Position numbers and translations under genes: made by a program
From: a virus
Virus record (IMG/VR): IMGVR_UViG_3300020578_000011
Reading direction: 5' to 3' (one strand)
DNA: 64,000 nucleotides
The notes under the pieces: model-generated
Seen by the model: only the letters and a program-made list of their open reading frames with translations
Database searches by the model: none
What the model was told of the DNA's origin: nothing
Shown here: in pieces, positions 39,111 to 49,724 of the stretch
How the letters are laid out: each line of letters begins with the position of its first letter
Numbering within the stretch: the first letter of the stretch is position 1

Positions 39111-40216
39111 TGATAAATAAATGGATGAGCAAACTTACTAAAGATTTTGGAAAAATAGCATCTGATTTAAAAAAGAAAGAACCTCAAACAATCCCATCAT
39201 GGTCGCCTTCTCTTAATTGGGCAACAGGTATTGGAGGCTTTAGACCTGGTAAGATCAATATTTTATATGGACCAGAGAGTAGCGGTAAATCAATGTTGTC
39301 AATGATGGCACTGATTGAGTTGCAAAAAAGAGATCCAGAGGCAATTGCAATATGGTTTGATTCTGAATTTTCTTTTAATACTGATTTTTTTATAAGATTA
39401 GGCGGAGATGCAGATCGTTTAGTTGTTAGAAAAAGCAATGATCCATTAAATATATTTGACTATATTGGAGGAGAGCTCTTAGAACTTCTTCAAGATGGAG
39501 CTCCAGTAAAAGCAATTGTTATAGATTCCATTAGATCAATTAGATATCCAAAAGATATTAAAAAACAATCAACAGATATGATAATGGGAGGCACCGGAGC
39601 AAACTATCTACCATCTGCATTTAAAATGATTCTTCCTGTTATTAATGAACATGAGTTATTAACTTTTTGTATACAACAAGTTTCTATTCAAATAGATCCA
39701 ATGAAAGCATTGAGAAATCCATATGTGCTTCCAGATGGTCAGTCGCTTAAACATGCAGCAGATTTGATGTTGGAAGTTACAAAATTAGATACAAAAAATG
39801 GAGTAATAGAACAAGGTGAGACAATAGCAGGAGGAGCTGCACAACTTGGTCACAAGGTACGTGTGAAAGTTAGAAAAAACCGCATGGGTATGCCTGCTAG
39901 AGTTGCACAGTTTACTTTTCATTATCAAAAAGGAATAATGGACACGGGTGGTGAGATTTTTGATTTGGGAAAATCATTAGGAATAATTAAGCATCCTGTA
40001 AATCCAGAAACAGGAAAAGAAAATATGCAAATGTGGGTTTTTGAAAACGACCCACCTGTTAGAGGTGAACAAAATATCAGAAATCTTGTTATTAATAATA
40101 AATCTTTACAAGATAGAGTAATGAATTCATGTTATTCTTTAAAAGATTCAAAAGTTGAATTAGATGAATTTGGCTTTGCAAATGATGTTGATGAGGATTT
40201 AGAAAGCATAGAGTAA
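39110..40216 (+). CDS. recA: RecA/UvsX recombinase
   Basis: YGPESSGKS, WFDSE, IVIDSI and VRKNR motifs. Confidence 0.95.
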   Translation: MINKWMSKLTKDFGKIASDLKKKEPQTIPSWSPSLNWATGIGGFRPGKINILYGPESSGKSMLSMMALIELQKRDPEAIAIWFDSEFSFNTDFFIRLGGDADRLVVRKSNDPLNIFDYIGGELLELLQDGAPVKAIVIDSIRSIRYPKDIKKQSTDMIMGGTGANYLPSAFKMILPVINEHELLTFCIQQVSIQIDPMKALRNPYVLPDGQSLKHAADLMLEVTKLDTKNGVIEQGETIAGGAAQLGHKVRVKVRKNRMGMPARVAQFTFHYQKGIMDTGGEIFDLGKSLGIIKHPVNPETGKENMQMWVFENDPPVRGEQNIRNLVINNKSLQDRVMNSCYSLKDSKVELDEFGFANDVDEDLESIE

Positions 40217-40217
40217 A

Positions 40218-40578
40218 ATGCAAAGTGATATTCCTATTAATGTAAAGTTAATGTATTTTTCATATCTATTATATAGAATGCATATTAATAGAGAAAGTTA
40301 TTTTAAATATTTTCAATCATACCAAGATGGGTTTTCTGGATGACGAAAAACTCTAAAGAAAACATAAGATCTTATATTCTCTGCATAAGGATGGTTAAAA
40401 TATTTATTAAATTAAAAATATATCAAAAAGAAACGGATTTATACAAATGGGCTCAACTTGTATACGATATGCCAAAAAAAATAACGCATATATAAATAAT
40501 AAAATAACTACTTATAATAATGAAACAACAGCTTTTTTACAATTTTTAGTTCTTCTTAATAGGATTAGAATTAGATGA
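40218..40578 (+). pseudogene. Possible frameshifted gene, or a run of very short ORFs
   Basis: ATG right after the recA stop, then three successive short open frames. The last ends ATGA-coupled to sbcD. Confidence 0.3.
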
Positions 40579-41549
40579 CTAAAATACTTTTTATTGGAGA
40601 CATGCACTTAAGACATACTCATTTACAACTTAGTAAAAGTTTATTAAAATGGATAGAAAATATCTATATTGAAAAAAAACCAGATATTATTGTAAATTTA
40701 GGCGATACCTTTGATACTCATTCTATAATTCGTTCTGAGATTCTTTGTATTTTTGATGAGCATTTAAAAAAAATATCAAATCTAATGAAATCAAATGGAT
40801 CATATATTTGTCTGTTAGGAAATCATGATCAATATAAACCAAATTCATCTGAATTTCATGCTTTTAAACCTTTTTCATCAATAAAAAATATTTTAATAGC
40901 AGATTCTATTAAGGTTATAGAAAATATAACATATGTTCCCTATGTTCATTCTAGGGAACTGTGGCCACAAACAGATACGTCTATAGTTGTAACTCATAAT
41001 ACTTTTATAGGAGCTGACTATGGCTATAAAAAAGCAGATCATGGCATAGAGACAAAAGATATAAATGCCGACATCGTCATATCTGGACACGTTCATAAAA
41101 AACAAATACTAGATTCTATTATAAACTATGTAGGAACTCCATATGCCATGTCGGCATCGGATGCGGATCAATCAAAGGGATTGTCATTATTTAACACTGA
41201 AACTTTTGAATTTGAATTTATAAAATCACCATTTCCAATGTATAAAACAATAGAAATAAATACAGATGAAGAGATTCCAGATTTGGATGTTTTTAATCAT
41301 TGGATAATGACAATTAAAGGACCAAGGGCTGAGATTAAAAATATATTAGAATCTAAACATGTAAATGACCTTAGAAAAAAGTGTAGTTTAACTATAAAAA
41401 CAGAATCTATAGATAAAATAAAATCTGATAAAGTTTCTATTTTGTCAAAAGACATATCATCAATGTTAGATGAGTATCTTAATAAAGTTTATAAAGGATC
41501 TCAAAATAAAGATGAAATAAAAAAAATAATATTACAAAACACAAGGTGA
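40575..41549 (+). CDS. sbcD: SbcD/Mre11 (T4 gp47-like) nuclease
   Basis: GDMH, LGDTFD, GNHD, SGHVH and YVGTPY motifs. Confidence 0.92.
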   Translation: MTKILFIGDMHLRHTHLQLSKSLLKWIENIYIEKKPDIIVNLGDTFDTHSIIRSEILCIFDEHLKKISNLMKSNGSYICLLGNHDQYKPNSSEFHAFKPFSSIKNILIADSIKVIENITYVPYVHSRELWPQTDTSIVVTHNTFIGADYGYKKADHGIETKDINADIVISGHVHKKQILDSIINYVGTPYAMSASDADQSKGLSLFNTETFEFEFIKSPFPMYKTIEINTDEEIPDLDVFNHWIMTIKGPRAEIKNILESKHVNDLRKKCSLTIKTESIDKIKSDKVSILSKDISSMLDEYLNKVYKGSQNKDEIKKIILQNTR

Positions 41550-41552
41550 ATT

Positions 41553-41984
41553 ATGAATGAAGAAAAAATAACTGAAATAATGGATCATATTCGTTGGACT
41601 TTGAATAATGGAATAGTTACTGATATTGTTAAAAATAATTTATATATGTATGGATCTTTGGCACACAAGGATGTGAAGGCATTAGAAGTAGCTATTGATC
41701 CGTCTACTAAAATAGTAGACTATGTAATCTATGGACCCGAGTCAATGTTAGATACTGTAACTAGGTATTATAGTATGAGGGATAAAACAGGACTTTTTAA
41801 TCTATGGAGATTAAGAAGATTGTTAAAAAAACAAGGCAATTTAGATATAGATAGGATATTAAATGGATTCGTTAAAGATCTCTGTGGTCCTGGATGGAGG
41901 GCTACATACAAGCTAAAAAATATTAGCGAGTATGTAGAAAACACAGATGAAACAGAAACACATGGAGATCAGATTAAAAATTGA
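41553..41984 (+). CDS. Hypothetical protein
   Basis: 143 aa ORF in operon context. Confidence 0.7.
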   Translation: MNEEKITEIMDHIRWTLNNGIVTDIVKNNLYMYGSLAHKDVKALEVAIDPSTKIVDYVIYGPESMLDTVTRYYSMRDKTGLFNLWRLRRLLKKQGNLDIDRILNGFVKDLCGPGWRATYKLKNISEYVENTDETETHGDQIKN

Positions 41985-42366
41985 AAACGTCACAGATGAT
42001 TTAGATATTAGACAAAGTATCTGGTTAGAGTATTTAGAAACAGACTCTGAAGATATTGATTCTATATGTAATAAATTGATAATTCAAAAAAAAATAGCTG
42101 AACAAATAGAAACTAATATAATAAAATTAACTAAATCAAAGTCTTCAGATGATTTTTTAAACATATTAAATAGTTTTACAGAATTTGAACAAGATATTAT
42201 ATCTTTAATAGTAGTGGGTATTCCAATAAACTCAATTGCGAAGTATAAAATGATAAAACCAATGAGGATAATACAGATTATTTCCTGTATTTCTTCAAAC
42301 CCTGTTTGGAGAGAATACTTTGCAGAAAAAGAACTTAACACCAAGAGAAAAATACGGTTTAAGTAA
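41962..42366 (+). CDS. Degenerate/minimal ECF-sigma-like protein (region 4 HTH)
   Basis: DIRQSIWLEYLE resembles region 2.2. LNSFTEFEQDIISL...GIPINSIAK resembles region 4. The start could be 41947 or 41962. Confidence 0.4.
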   Translation: MEIRLKIENVTDDLDIRQSIWLEYLETDSEDIDSICNKLIIQKKIAEQIETNIIKLTKSKSSDDFLNILNSFTEFEQDIISLIVVGIPINSIAKYKMIKPMRIIQIISCISSNPVWREYFAEKELNTKRKIRFK

Positions 42367-42940
42367 TGATCAGGTTATTGAGGCCGAAAAGTATCTTAAA
42401 AAACACAAGACTGCTGGAATTCTCAGTAAACACGATGCAATGCCAATGTATGAGCTTTATATATTGGGATATACTTTTGAAGATATATCAAAAAGATACC
42501 CATCTATCCCATATGGGAAGATACTGTTAACCGCAGCTTTGAGTGGATGGTCTAAGGATAGGGAGGTTGTCGCAGCCTCTCTTTACGATCGTATTAAAAC
42601 TAGAATAGTAAGATCGACAGTTGAACAAGTTGAGTTCCTAACAGACATGATATCTGTTTCAAATGTAGAAACCTCTGAAGAAGTTAGAAAGTATCTTAAT
42701 GATCCGGTTGGAAATCCTCCACCCTCTTTTAGAATTAAAACTATAAAAGATTATCAACAAGTAATAGACATGTTGGCCCAGGTAGCTGAATCTGTTAGGG
42801 GAATGGCAAATCCATCAAACGTAAGCAACGATAACAAACAAATACCACAAAATGAAATAAAAAAAATAAGTAAGAAATCAAAATCTTCAAGTGAAGAAGC
42901 TGTAATATTAGCTGAGTTAGTAGGTGATACAAGTGAGTAA
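42320..42940 (+). CDS. Probable terminase small subunit
   Basis: HTH-like GYTFEDISKRY...GW segment; immediately upstream of TerL. Confidence 0.55.
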   Translation: MQKKNLTPREKYGLSNDQVIEAEKYLKKHKTAGILSKHDAMPMYELYILGYTFEDISKRYPSIPYGKILLTAALSGWSKDREVVAASLYDRIKTRIVRSTVEQVEFLTDMISVSNVETSEEVRKYLNDPVGNPPPSFRIKTIKDYQQVIDMLAQVAESVRGMANPSNVSNDNKQIPQNEIKKISKKSKSSSEEAVILAELVGDTSE

Positions 42941-45900
42941 ATGCAGTGTGCCCGGTTGTGAAAGAGTGGTTTTAGCAAAAAATTACTGCAAACAACATTA
43001 TAAAAAATTCATATCAAGACCTAAGGAAAGAGCTCAAAAAGCAGCCTTGGCAAAGGTTGTTAAAGAAAATAAAGAAATAGAAATAGAAATCAAACCTAAA
43101 GAAGCGATAGAGATAAAAGATCCTCAGATAAAGAGCAATATAAAGTTAACAGCCGAGCAATTAGAGAAGATATTTTTTTCTCCCTGTAGAACTGAGCAAG
43201 AATTAAAAAATTATATTAAATTCTTTTTCGGTCTTCATCTCCCCGATTTTAAGGTATCGAGATACGCGGATACGACGCCCTTCCATGCCATTTGGGAGGT
43301 GTATGACATAACAGTAAATAAAAACAACCCTAAAAATATCCAAGAAATTCTATATGTTGCAGGACGTGGTAGCGGGAAGTGCGTTTTGCAAGACACTGAG
43401 ATTCTTACGCAAAATGGACTTAAACGTGTACAAGACGTCAAGATCGGCGATGTGGTCTGGACAGGCTGGTCCTGGAGATCAGTAGTCCAGACCTTCGACG
43501 AGGGAATCAAAGACGGAGTCACTTTAATCACCAAGTTTATGAGCAAGCACGGCGTGTGGTCGCTCACTGGTTCTTTAAAGCATCGCGTTCAGGCACTGCA
43601 TCCAGAGACCAACAAGATCGACTGGGTATACATGAAAGATCTAACTCCTGGTCAGCTAGTCTATAGATCTATAGAATCCTTGGGCCATCTGGTGGACGTT
43701 TCTTCTAAGGACTACGATCTTGGCTGGGTTGCTGGCTGCATAGTCGGCGACGGTTGTGTGGGCAGAGGAACAAACACGAATATATCTATGTGTGCAAAAG
43801 ACCCAGACCAGCTTGTACACTATGTGAGTCTGATAGACAGGCACCTAGGTGTGACGATAAACGTAAATTCCAGCTCTAAGTCTTCTGCTATAAAGAATGC
43901 GTCGTCTTCTACTAAGGCGTTCAGAGACTTCTTTAGGACGTACGTCGAGGGTGAACTCTGCTACTTCAAGAAACTAAAGACATTAGACCACAGTCCAAGC
44001 TTCTTGGCTGGATTCATCTCCGGTCTGATGGAGACCGATGGGTCCAAGGACTCGATCACTCTAGCCAACCCAGAACTCATACAGCAGATAGCCAAGATCC
44101 TCAATGTCTTCGGCGTGCACTCTGTAATAAATAAGAAGCGGAGAAAAGCGTCGACCACAAAGTTCGTAAAAGATCACATTGTCGAGTATCACTCGGTTGA
44201 GTACAAAACCCCGCTTCCAGAGTATGTAATGCCGCTTTTCTCTAAGCGCGATGCCTTTAAGGCGCACGCCGTCAAGATGAACGAACAGTTCCGATATCCT
44301 TCTAAGCTCATAAAGTCTTTTGCGGACCACATAAAGCAAAAATACGAGATCGCAAACGGGTACTGGCGTTTAGAGGCCGGCAAGAAAACTCATTCCGAGA
44401 TCAAGTACTCTAAGGATCTCTGGGGATCCGGCGAGAAGTCTAAAGAGTCTTATGTCTATGGCCACAAGATCGACTACTTTATAAGTCTGGCCAACCGCTT
44501 AGAAGAGCACGAGTGGGCAGAGTATCTGTCTTTCATCAGAAAGGGTTGCTACGAGACCGTAGATACCATAACGTTCGGCAAGCACTATTTCTACGATCTA
44601 GAGGTAGACGTCGATCACGCGTACTGGTCGAACGGCTTCATCAGCCATAACACTCTCGGCATGGCTATTGCAGAATTGATGGTTCTACTGCATGATCAAA
44701 GAGACGTGGTACATGTTGGCGCAATTCTTTCTCAGGCAAAAAGATGCTATGAATATCAGCAGAAGTTTTTATTAAACGATAGAATTAAACCAATCGTTAT
44801 GCCTCCTAAGACGCCAGAGGCATCTAGAATTCTTGAAAGAACAACAATGGAAAGATCTACGTTTAATGTATCTGGCGAAAAGATAACATTAGAAGTTCTT
44901 CCGTGTACATTGAAAGCATTAAACGGCCCACACGTTCCACTTGTTGTAGTTGATGAGATCGATACAGTATCTGGCGAGTCTGTCAAGGCATATAAGGAAA
45001 TATCTGGAATGCTTGACTCAAAAAGAGGAAAAAGACCTCTTCGTGTTGGTATTTCGACTAGAAAAACTAGATACGGTCTGATGAATCAAGCTATTGAAAA
45101 TGCAGAAAAACAAGGAAGAAATGTAAGAAGATGGACTGCATTTGAGTTTACAGAAAGATGTCCAGATTCAAGATCTGGAACTTCTAAAATAGAATTATTT
45201 ATTGATCAAAATTCTTTTGATGTCAGAACAAGAAATGATTATGAAAGATTAGCAACTCAAAAACAAAAAGACTATGAAAGACATGAGATGTTTGAAGGGT
45301 GCTTGAAATGTCCACTTGCACCAATATGCTTAGGTGATGCTAAAAAACAATCTTCTAAATCATCAATGTTAAAATCGATTGATGAACTTGCTCAAAAAGT
45401 CTTATCAGAAGGACCAGATTGGGCAATGGCTCAGCTTATGAATTTAAAACCAAGTGTAGAAGGAATTATATATAAAGAATTTGATGAAAGAACCCATGTC
45501 AAAACATGGAATCAAATGTGGCTTATTTTAACTGGTAAAGAGTTCCCTGGCGAGTGTGATCATGATATTTTTATAAAAAAATGTCACTCAATGGGACTTC
45601 AAGCATATGCAGGAATCGACTGGGGTTGGTCTAATCCACATACTTTGGTTGTATTTTTTGTAGACAGTAGAGAAAATATATATGTAGTTAGATGCGATGG
45701 TCAAACATACATATCAAGACCGGCATGGATGCATATAGTAAAACATAAATGGCATAATAACTATAGAATTCAATTATATTTTCCTGATATGGCAGACCCA
45801 GGTGATGCTCAGGAAATGAGAAAAATGGGTCTTCCGACTACAACTAACTCAGAAAAATCAAATATCAATGCAGGTGTTCAAGTTATTAAAAAATGGTTAA

Positions 45901-46313
45901 GAACACCAGGATCCAATGAGGCCAAGATATTTTTTGCAGCTGAAACATGTAAGCCAATAATACAGGAATTTCAATTATATCATTTTAAAGCAGATGCAGC
46001 TGGAAACATGACAGATGACCCAGACACAGAACATGATCACTGGCTCGACGCATTAAGATACTCTTTAATTAATTTATTTGGTAAAAATACTATAGTATTA
46101 GGATCTGCTGGCGTTGATATGGATGTTTCTAAAATAGTTGACTCTAGAGGTCATTTTATAAAACCACCTACTCCAGAGGAGTACGCAAAAGTTAATAATA
46201 TACCTTTTAATTCAGAGTATTCTACTGATAATATAGGTAAAATAGGAAGGCTATCTGAATTAGATGAAGACAGCGAACAATCTTCTGAAGGTGGCTTTCT
46301 TTGGACTATGTAA
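42933..46313 (+). CDS. terL: Terminase large subunit containing an intein
   Basis: Walker A GRGSGK|T split by the intein, VVVDEID, GIDWGWSNP and DHWLDALRY motifs; N-terminal CxxxxC...CxxHY finger. Confidence 0.92.
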   Translation: MSKCSVPGCERVVLAKNYCKQHYKKFISRPKERAQKAALAKVVKENKEIEIEIKPKEAIEIKDPQIKSNIKLTAEQLEKIFFSPCRTEQELKNYIKFFFGLHLPDFKVSRYADTTPFHAIWEVYDITVNKNNPKNIQEILYVAGRGSGKCVLQDTEILTQNGLKRVQDVKIGDVVWTGWSWRSVVQTFDEGIKDGVTLITKFMSKHGVWSLTGSLKHRVQALHPETNKIDWVYMKDLTPGQLVYRSIESLGHLVDVSSKDYDLGWVAGCIVGDGCVGRGTNTNISMCAKDPDQLVHYVSLIDRHLGVTINVNSSSKSSAIKNASSSTKAFRDFFRTYVEGELCYFKKLKTLDHSPSFLAGFISGLMETDGSKDSITLANPELIQQIAKILNVFGVHSVINKKRRKASTTKFVKDHIVEYHSVEYKTPLPEYVMPLFSKRDAFKAHAVKMNEQFRYPSKLIKSFADHIKQKYEIANGYWRLEAGKKTHSEIKYSKDLWGSGEKSKESYVYGHKIDYFISLANRLEEHEWAEYLSFIRKGCYETVDTITFGKHYFYDLEVDVDHAYWSNGFISHNTLGMAIAELMVLLHDQRDVVHVGAILSQAKRCYEYQQKFLLNDRIKPIVMPPKTPEASRILERTTMERSTFNVSGEKITLEVLPCTLKALNGPHVPLVVVDEIDTVSGESVKAYKEISGMLDSKRGKRPLRVGISTRKTRYGLMNQAIENAEKQGRNVRRWTAFEFTERCPDSRSGTSKIELFIDQNSFDVRTRNDYERLATQKQKDYERHEMFEGCLKCPLAPICLGDAKKQSSKSSMLKSIDELAQKVLSEGPDWAMAQLMNLKPSVEGIIYKEFDERTHVKTWNQMWLILTGKEFPGECDHDIFIKKCHSMGLQAYAGIDWGWSNPHTLVVFFVDSRENIYVVRCDGQTYISRPAWMHIVKHKWHNNYRIQLYFPDMADPGDAQEMRKMGLPTTTNSEKSNINAGVQVIKKWLRTPGSNEAKIFFAAETCKPIIQEFQLYHFKADAAGNMTDDPDTEHDHWLDALRYSLINLFGKNTIVLGSAGVDMDVSKIVDSRGHFIKPPTPEEYAKVNNIPFNSEYSTDNIGKIGRLSELDEDSEQSSEGGFLWTM
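43380..44651 (+). mobile_element. Intein with LAGLIDADG homing endonuclease (424 aa)
   Basis: Starts CVLQDTEI and ends GFISHN followed by Thr. Endonuclease blocks VAGCIVGDG and FISGLMETDG. GC is clearly higher than the flanks. Confidence 0.95.
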
Positions 46314-46343
46314 TCCGGTATGATATATAAGGGGATTTTGTAA

Positions 46344-48287
46344 ATGTCATGGTTTGAAGATTTAAAAAAATCAATACAAGACCGTCTTGTAGAAGATATC
46401 GAGCAAATGACCAAAGCAGACGCAGATAAACTTCCAGAGAAGCCACAATCAGAAAATCAAGAATCAGGTCTTGTAAGAGGTAAGGCGATATTAACAGACC
46501 CTTATTTTGAACAAGCAAGTAATAATTATTTTCTTTCAAAAAATAAAATAAGCAGAATATCAAATAGAACTCTTAGAGACATGTCTCAAAGAGATTGGCT
46601 TGTTAGCACAATCTTACAAATAAGAGCAGATACTGTTTTAAGATTTTCAAGACGTCCAGAGCGCAGATACGATATGGGTTTTCGTGTCGTCAAAAGAGAT
46701 CACAGCGAGTCATTGTCTGAACAAGATATTGATAATATAAATATGTTGGAAAGTTATATATATAATTGTGGCAGAACTGAAAATGTCCCCAAAGGACAAG
46801 AAATGCTTTTAGGTGAATTTTTAAAATTAATAGTTAGAGATGGTCTTACTTTTGGATATGTGGCAGTTGAAAAAGTCTTAACAAGAACCGGGGCTCTTCA
46901 TCGCTTCAGACCTCTTCCTGCTGAAACAATGTACTTAATAAATCAAGCAATCAATAAAACAGTTGTAGAAGATCAAGTTAAAACTGCAATCAATATGTAT
47001 CATACTAAAAAAAGCGACAATGATCCAAGGGCGGATGGGTATCTTGCGCCTAGAGAAATAGATTATTATAAGTATGTTCAATTATCAACAGACAATAGAG
47101 TTTTAAATGCCTTTGGTGATGAAGACATGGTGTTTAAATTATTTAATCCACAAAACTATGCTGACTCTAATGGATATTGCATATCTGTAGTTGAGCAGGC
47201 AATCATAATGATAACAAATCATCTAAATATAGAGGCATATAATGCTAATTTTTTTACACATGGATATGCTGCAAGGGGTATTCTTCATTTAAAAGGTGCT
47301 GTTACTCAAAATACTCTTGCTTCTTTTAGAAGACAATTTTACAACACAATATCCGGATCCGCAAATGCTTGGAGAACTCCAATTGTTGCAGGCCTTGATG
47401 ATGTTCAATGGGTTCCAATGTCGGGTTCTGCACGTGAGATGGAGTATATAAATTTTAATTCTCATATAATGAGAGCTATTTGCGCACAATTTCAAATAGA
47501 TCCAATAGAAGTTGGATTAGATTATCTTACAACGGCAAACGGCAGAGCAAGTGCACAAGCTAAAGAATCTGGTCAATTTAAAATAACATACTCTCGTGAA
47601 CGAGGTCTAATTCCCATATTAATGCTTGTTGAAGACTTATTTAATCAAGATATCCTACCTGCTTTAGACAAAGATCTTGCAGATAAATATAAATTTAAAT
47701 TTGTTGGATACACAGATGACACGGCAATGACTGATATAAGTCTTCGTCAGGCACAGATGACAGTTTTTTCTTCAATGAATGATCTTCTTCACAATGAAGA
47801 AAAAACACAAATAAACCACCCCGCTGCAAATCTTCCATTGAATCAATCTTTTTGGAATCTTGTTGAAAAAAACATGACCCGTGGAGAGATTCGTGAATTT
47901 TTCTTTGGAGATAAGGGAGCATCTAAAAGACCAGAGTTGCAATATCTTCCATCGGATCCGGCATTTTTATCTTGGAATCAGTTAATGATGACAATTAATG
48001 TTCAACAACAACAAAAAGAAATACAAAAACAACAACAGCAACAACAGCAACAAATGCAACAACAACAAATAAAACTTCAAGAAAGTCAAGAACAAAGAGA
48101 ACAAGAAGCGCATGATCATCAGATATCTGAGTCTAAACAAGAGCAAGCAAACTCTGTTGTAAGATCTCAAGATCTTTCTAGTCTACAAGATTTGGCTAGA
48201 CAATACGGTGCCACAAAAGCAACAAACATAGGCGGAAAAGAATTAAAAAATCCAATAAATACCCTTGAAGAAATAGAAAAAAAATAA
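46344..48287 (+). CDS. Portal protein
   Basis: YN.NFF.HG...RGIL, AWRTPIV and ICAQFQIDPIEVG motifs; follows TerL; poly-Gln tail. Confidence 0.9.
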   Translation: MSWFEDLKKSIQDRLVEDIEQMTKADADKLPEKPQSENQESGLVRGKAILTDPYFEQASNNYFLSKNKISRISNRTLRDMSQRDWLVSTILQIRADTVLRFSRRPERRYDMGFRVVKRDHSESLSEQDIDNINMLESYIYNCGRTENVPKGQEMLLGEFLKLIVRDGLTFGYVAVEKVLTRTGALHRFRPLPAETMYLINQAINKTVVEDQVKTAINMYHTKKSDNDPRADGYLAPREIDYYKYVQLSTDNRVLNAFGDEDMVFKLFNPQNYADSNGYCISVVEQAIIMITNHLNIEAYNANFFTHGYAARGILHLKGAVTQNTLASFRRQFYNTISGSANAWRTPIVAGLDDVQWVPMSGSAREMEYINFNSHIMRAICAQFQIDPIEVGLDYLTTANGRASAQAKESGQFKITYSRERGLIPILMLVEDLFNQDILPALDKDLADKYKFKFVGYTDDTAMTDISLRQAQMTVFSSMNDLLHNEEKTQINHPAANLPLNQSFWNLVEKNMTRGEIREFFFGDKGASKRPELQYLPSDPAFLSWNQLMMTINVQQQQKEIQKQQQQQQQQMQQQQIKLQESQEQREQEAHDHQISESKQEQANSVVRSQDLSSLQDLARQYGATKATNIGGKELKNPINTLEEIEKK

Positions 48288-48342
48288 ACTAAAATAATAA
48301 TACATAAAAGTATAATATTTATATCTGCAGGAGATTATAAAT

Positions 48343-49182
48343 ATGACTTTTGTAATAATTGAAGGTCTCGATCGAACTGCAAAGACAACGCTTGCTGGTC
48401 TTTATAATAAAAAAGGCTATAAAACAGTTCATTTTTCCGCCCCGGATAAGAAATATTTTCAAACCGGATACTCAGGTCCTTCTTATTTAGAAGATCTTGT
48501 GGAAATGTTTGTTTCTTTATCTGGACAGGATGTTGTCTTTGATAGATCTCATTACGGTGAATTAATATGGCCTTATGTCTACAACAGAAGACCATTGTTA
48601 AATCATTTTGACTTAGAGATCTTAAGAGAAATTGAATCTCAAAATAAAACAGAATATATATTAATGCATGATCCAAATATAGAATCTCATTGGAGAAGAT
48701 GTCTTCAGTATAAAGAGCCATTAACACGAACACAATTTGATTCAGCTAGATCTATGTTTAATGATATGGCTAATCAATATGATTTTGTACAATTAACAAT
48801 AGAAGATGTGGAAAATAAAATAGGAATGTCTTTACTTGAAAAAGAGAAAGAAAAAATACAAATCTCAGATGCAGAGATGGCGTCATCGAAGAGCGAAGAT
48901 ACGGATGTGGTTTCTATTAGAAAAAATAAAAGTGATATGTTACTTTCTCCCGAGCAATTAAAATTAGCAGAAGCAAATGCTATAAATCAAATTTTAATTG
49001 GAAGAATAGTAAAGAAAAAAGGTGATCATTTTGATTCAATAGAACAAAAAATAAGAGATTTCTTGAATAATGAATTATCAAATTTACTGGGAACTACAAT
49101 AAAAAACAATAATAATTTATTTTCTAATGAAGAAATAGATTTTTTAAAAGCAGTTGTTAAAAGAATGAAGGAGAAAAAATGA
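48343..49182 (+). CDS. Thymidylate/dNMP kinase-like P-loop protein
   Basis: IIEGLDRTAKTT and FDRSHYGELIW motifs. Confidence 0.75.
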   Translation: MTFVIIEGLDRTAKTTLAGLYNKKGYKTVHFSAPDKKYFQTGYSGPSYLEDLVEMFVSLSGQDVVFDRSHYGELIWPYVYNRRPLLNHFDLEILREIESQNKTEYILMHDPNIESHWRRCLQYKEPLTRTQFDSARSMFNDMANQYDFVQLTIEDVENKIGMSLLEKEKEKIQISDAEMASSKSEDTDVVSIRKNKSDMLLSPEQLKLAEANAINQILIGRIVKKKGDHFDSIEQKIRDFLNNELSNLLGTTIKNNNNLFSNEEIDFLKAVVKRMKEKK

Positions 49183-49724
49183 AGATGGTAAATCAACAAA
49201 AAACAAATCAAATACAAAGAATTGAAACTTTAGAAAAACATATTGAAAATTTATCAATGGCACTTAGAGTAAACCAAATACTATTAAAGCAAACAATAGA
49301 CCAATTGCAGCCAATGCAATCAGAGCTAAAGACAAACACTAGTATACTTAGTGATTTTCAATATAGGGTTCTTGGATTGCAAAAATATCTTCCAATAAAT
49401 AACGAGGAGCTAACTTCTATTGTCAATGAATTAAAATCAACAGACTGGGATCGAGCATCTGACAAAGATGATTTAGATAAAAAACTTGAAAAAAAAGAAT
49501 TTGTTTCATCAAAAAATGACATAGTTATAATATCTTCTGTTGTATTGGAAGGAGAAAATGTTAAAGGCGGTATATTTAGATCAAAGATAAAATTAGAAGA
49601 AGCAGGCCAAGGTCTTGTTGATGTTCTTTTAAATAAAAAAGTAGGAGAAACAGTAGAGGCTGTGTTAAACGATGAGAAACATTTAGTAAGTTTATTAGGT
49701 GTTAGGACTACGAATTTAGAATGA
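49179..49724 (+). CDS. Coiled coil plus FKBP-like domain (trigger-factor or GreA C-terminal-like)
   Basis: DIVII....EGENVKGG...LLNKKVGETVEAV segment. Confidence 0.4.
   Translation: MKMVNQQKTNQIQRIETLEKHIENLSMALRVNQILLKQTIDQLQPMQSELKTNTSILSDFQYRVLGLQKYLPINNEELTSIVNELKSTDWDRASDKDDLDKKLEKKEFVSSKNDIVIISSVVLEGENVKGGIFRSKIKLEEAGQGLVDVLLNKKVGETVEAVLNDEKHLVSLLGVRTTNLE

Noticed and set aside
43235-44383. Several antisense ORFs within the terminase intein
   Set aside because: Expected from the higher GC content; no RBS or recognisable motifs.
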